Below, one piece after another: positions 60,555 through 64,000 of a DNA stretch of 64,000 nucleotides. The position numbers were made by a program, and so were the translations under genes. The stretch is from a bacterium. Lineage in GTDB: Bacteria > Auribacterota > JABMQX01. The notes under the pieces were generated by a model. It searched no databases. It saw nothing but the letters and a program-made list of their open reading frames with translations, and was not told where the DNA came from. Numbering within the stretch: position 1 is the stretch's first letter; each line of letters begins with the position of its first letter. The DNA is taken from the NCBI GenBank assembly GCA_030691545.1, contig JAUYEE010000115.1, positions 3,949 through 67,948 on the forward strand, in the 5' to 3' direction.

Positions 60555-61814
60555 TTACATTTCCACACGGAAGAATTGCACCGTCGTCGGCACGCTCAGC
60601 GTGAACGACGTGCTCTCGCCCTGAGAGGAGATAGGGGCCTTTCTCGCCCTGACCCACTCTCCGCTCGACAGGTCATCGCACAGCCAGACCATGTACCTCG
60701 CCAGCGGCTGGCTATTCCAGGTCAATACGAGGCTCTCCCCATTTACGACGCTGAGCGCCGTCAGGACGAAGGGCGCCGCGTTGTGCTCGTATGCTCCCAT
60801 GTCCACCGTCAGCGATTTCCCGCCGAAGGCGATGCGAAGATTTCCGTCCAGGTCTAGCCCGAATGAACCCAGCGACATATTGTCTCCGGCATCAACGCAC
60901 GGCGAGCCGGGCTCCAGCCGGTAGTCTCCTCGCGGCGCATCACGAAAAGCCGGGGGACTGGTCATGTTCCCGGTGCCGCCGCCAGTCCAGTCCTGGATGC
61001 AACTGAACGAAGGAATGCTTGCTGTGTCAATCTGATCCCCCGAGTTCACTGCGTCGTTTGCCCAGAAGATGCAATTAGCGATTGTGCCCATGCAGTTGTA
61101 TATCCCGCCTCCGCTGAGTCCGGCAGAATTGCCATAGATGGTGTTGTTGACGATGCTCCCGTCGCACCGAGCCAATCCCCCAGCCTGCTCGTCCGCCGAA
61201 TTCGATATGATCAAATTGCTTTGCATAACCCCATCGCAGAACGCCATCGCACCGCCCATGGCAGCGGAGTTCTCCACGAAGACATTATTCTCCACTAACC
61301 CATCGCAGCCATACAGGCCGCCACCGCCGACTGGTCACCCCTCATCCGCACGGTTGCCAGTGATGATGTTGTTGCGAATCGTGGCGAGAGTGTGGGTGCT
61401 TTCCGTGCCGCCTCGGACGCCGCCGCCGTAATCCGCCCTTCCGTTGCGAATCGTGAAGCCCGCGAGGACGCAAATCGCCTTCTCCGTGCCTGAGAAGCTC
61501 ACCGCCGAATCCGCCCCATCACCGTCAATGACGGTCCCTCGCACGACTTCCGGGTCCAGCGGATTCGTGCTCCGCAACACGATATTCTTGCCTTCGAACC
61601 GGATATTCTCCAGGTAGGTCCCCGGCGCCACAACGACCCTGTCCCCATCCGCCGCCGCGGCTATCCCCTCCTGAATGCTTTTGAACGCCTTTGCCCACGA
61701 CGTCCCTTCGCCCGTCGCCGGCGCGTCCGCGTCCACGTACCATACTGACGCGACCGCTCCGGCCGAAAACCTCGCCGCTGCTGCAACACACGCAAGCAAG
61801 ACTGTCTTCCGCAT
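60555..61814 (-). pseudogene. Secreted beta-helix/choice-of-anchor Q-like protein with C-terminal domain, split by an in-frame TGA
   Basis: ORFs 61335-61814 and 60555-61295 are in the same frame: ...GNRADEG*PVGGGGLYGCDGLVENN... Confidence 0.75.
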
Positions 61815-62054
61815 CGTCTATGTCTCCCTCTTGATTTGAATCGAGCTCTGCGCCGGCCGCGCTCGGCTTGTAGCGCATTGCTTGGGGCAAACCGCCGGTA
61901 AGCCCCGATGAACACAGATGCTCGCTGATTCTCCGTCGGTCTGCCTGCATTAAAATTTGTGTTGATCCGCGTGCATCTGCGGTTGAAACTTTGCTGCCTG
62001 CTTTGCCTAACACGCCATTATGGCATTGTTCAGGCACGTCAATTCAAGTCCCCG

Positions 62055-63170
62055 TCAGACCGTGCTCAACAGGTCAGCCCATGCGCGGCGGTGCGTGATG
62101 TCCGAATTGTACGTATCAAGCTGTGTTCCCACTTCACGCAGGAAGTCGCGCCTGCCCTCCTCACCAAGAAGGGCAAGGGCCACGCGCGCAAGAGAGGCCA
62201 GGTCGGTTACATACAGATTGTGCCCGCTCACGAACTCCCTTGCGATCAGGCTCTGAACCTCTTCCTTGTCCTCGACGGCGATCCCCTGCTGCGCCACGAA
62301 GAATATCTCGGACACCTGCTTTTCTCGAATATTCCTTATCTTGCCCTTTAACTGGTTGATTGCGAGTTGCCTGTCTTTCACCTCGACCGCGAGCACAACT
62401 TCTCCCTTTTTGGAGACGCACTCCAGGTCGGCGAGCATACCGGTGGCAGCGTCCGCGGAGGTAATACTGGCGCGCTTCACATCTGAGTAAAGGCGAAACC
62501 GTCTGCCAATGACCGCAAAAACGGCAGAGGTCAGCGCCAGCAGGCGGTCGCCCCCGGAGAGGTCACCGAGGAACCCTTCAATGAGCGACAGGCTTTGATC
62601 CAGGCTGATACGCTTGGGGGCGGGATAAATCACACGCACTTCGGTTAACCGACGATAGACCTCGGTCAACACCTGCCTCAGGACCTTTCTCGTGAATTCG
62701 ACATCTGCCTTCATCTCGACCGCGCTCAGGACGGCGCAAAGCCGATCCCAGTCGCCCCGATTTTTCTGCGCCGCGCGATACTTATCTGATAATTCCGGAA
62801 CCCGCAATGGGTTGTTCACGTAGGGCTCCGGCGACCCGCCCAGCACGTTGTCGTTTGCCTGGTCGAACGGAACGACGACCTTGTGTGCGACGGTGCGAGC
62901 GTCGAAGGCGCCCGCACCTCCGCGCGACGCCTGCAAGCAGCGGCAATCCAGATCGGGGTCTGCCAGTTTTGCTATGAGCTGGGTTGGGAGAACGTAGCGG
63001 TAGCTCTTGGTAGTTGAAGCGATAACACGCCGCACGCCTTCGCGGAGTTGCTCGTCGTGGAGACAATCCTCAAGTCTGCCCGTTCTGGCAAGGGCACAAA
63101 TCCCTTGCCATGCATCGTCAAGGATCTTCGAAGCTTGCGTGACGAGGTCTTTGGGCACCCTATCGCTCAC
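62055..63170 (-). CDS. Restriction endonuclease, SacI family-like
   Basis: YRYVLPTQL, FDARTVAHKVVVPF, EPYVNNPLR, PD-(D/E)xK-like ADLE...VEVKD. Confidence 0.8.
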   Translation of the reverse strand: MSDRVPKDLVTQASKILDDAWQGICALARTGRLEDCLHDEQLREGVRRVIASTTKSYRYVLPTQLIAKLADPDLDCRCLQASRGGAGAFDARTVAHKVVVPFDQANDNVLGGSPEPYVNNPLRVPELSDKYRAAQKNRGDWDRLCAVLSAVEMKADVEFTRKVLRQVLTEVYRRLTEVRVIYPAPKRISLDQSLSLIEGFLGDLSGGDRLLALTSAVFAVIGRRFRLYSDVKRASITSADAATGMLADLECVSKKGEVVLAVEVKDRQLAINQLKGKIRNIREKQVSEIFFVAQQGIAVEDKEEVQSLIAREFVSGHNLYVTDLASLARVALALLGEEGRRDFLREVGTQLDTYNSDITHRRAWADLLSTV

Positions 63171-63173
63171 CTT

Positions 63174-63998
63174 TCAGTAATTCATCCACAGCGCCTCGGT
63201 TCGCGGACGCTTGACCGAGTGGCAATTCTTCGCCTTGCCCTCTTCCCGACGCCAGCCCTTGTAAAGGCCGTTCATTAGATCACACCGATACCCTGACACC
63301 GCCGCTTTCCCCTTGACGTTCGATAGCGCCCGCGCGAGCTCACGGTGCTCAGCATCGCTCATTTCAAAGCCGTACGCCTTGCTGTCTTGCCTCGCCTCGT
63401 GGGGATACGGAGGATCGCAGTAGAAGAGCGTGTTATCGCTGTCGTACAGCCTGATGACGTCGAGAGCCGGTCGGTTCTCTATTTGAACCCGCAACAGGCG
63501 CTCGGCAATCCGCGGAAGGCTCTCCACGCTGCCGAGCCACCGTGAGACCACACCCGACATGCCAGCCCTGCTCGTATTCTTGCAGTTCGCCCACCTGCCC
63601 AGAGAAGCTGTTTGCGCGAGCCCCGTTCTCACCTGGCGGGCCCGTACAAAAAATCGCCGGGCACGCTCCAAGTCCGAAAGATGCGGACCGCGATCGGTCA
63701 CGGCCACGTAGAACTCCTCCCGCGAAAAGGGGGTCAGCCCTATCGCCTCGATGAGCTCATCTTTCTGGTCCCTGAGCACCCGGAAGAAGTTCACCACTTC
63801 CCCGTCAATGTCGTTGTACGTCTCGACCGGCGATGGTTCCCGATTGAGCAAGACTGCCGCGGACCCCCCAAACGGCTCACAGTAGTGGTGCGCTTCAGGG
63901 AGCAAGGGCAGCAGCCAATCGAGGTGGTTGTATTTTCCGCCGTACCATCCGAAGCAGATGATTTTGCGCCGCGGACGCCTCGAGAGGGCTGGCGCCAG
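63174..63998 (-). CDS. Dam-type (D12 class) N6-adenine DNA methyltransferase; 5' end outside window
   Basis: WYGGK, EPFGGS, YNDID, YCDPPY; frame open to the window edge. Confidence 0.93.
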   Translation of the reverse strand: MAPALSRRPRRKIICFGWYGGKYNHLDWLLPLLPEAHHYCEPFGGSAAVLLNREPSPVETYNDIDGEVVNFFRVLRDQKDELIEAIGLTPFSREEFYVAVTDRGPHLSDLERARRFFVRARQVRTGLAQTASLGRWANCKNTSRAGMSGVVSRWLGSVESLPRIAERLLRVQIENRPALDVIRLYDSDNTLFYCDPPYPHEARQDSKAYGFEMSDAEHRELARALSNVKGKAAVSGYRCDLMNGLYKGWRREEGKAKNCHSVKRPRTEALWMNY

Positions 63999-64000
63999 GG

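Noticed and set aside
61335-61337. Genome-wide TGA reassignment (code 4 or 25)
   Set aside because: kbl, tdh and the sulfatase end normally at TGA, and no other in-frame TGA split was noticed
1-64000. CRISPR array
   Set aside because: No regular repeat-spacer series and no cas genes; the long tandem repeats are coding (315 and 240 nt) and the REP-like copies are dispersed

Overview
GC-rich bacterial DNA. Tat-exported Gfo/Idh/MocA enzymes, a sulfatase and REP-like palindromes suggest a PVC-like lineage (inference). (1) 1-30.2 kb, all minus strand: a surface/exo-polysaccharide locus. It has Wzm/Wzt export, five GT2/GT4 enzymes, sugar-nucleotide enzymes, a pyruvyl transferase, a deacetylase and a rich acyl/amide tailoring set (ACP, AMP-ligase, NadE paralogue, PP-loop enzymes, AsnB-like, two CapK-like ligases, an alpha/beta-hydrolase pair). 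It ends in a large secreted Ig/DNRLRE protein that runs off the left edge and is missing from the ORF track. At its head are a small MerR-type HTH gene, an integrase relic and a tRNA(CAT). (2) 31.7-47.5 kb: sulfatase, kbl-tdh, three Gfo/Idh/MocA enzymes, an FG-GAP propeller, GH2 and an aldo/keto reductase. (3) 42.7-61.8 kb: four unrelated secreted modular proteins, including one of about 2,700 aa with 19 Ig repeats, share a C-terminal W..Y.VE....L...W...F[YFL]R[LV] domain, a candidate sorting signal. Intergenic DNA holds two families of MITE-like shells carrying REP-like cargo. (4) A SacI-family endonuclease and an m6A methyltransferase at the right edge.
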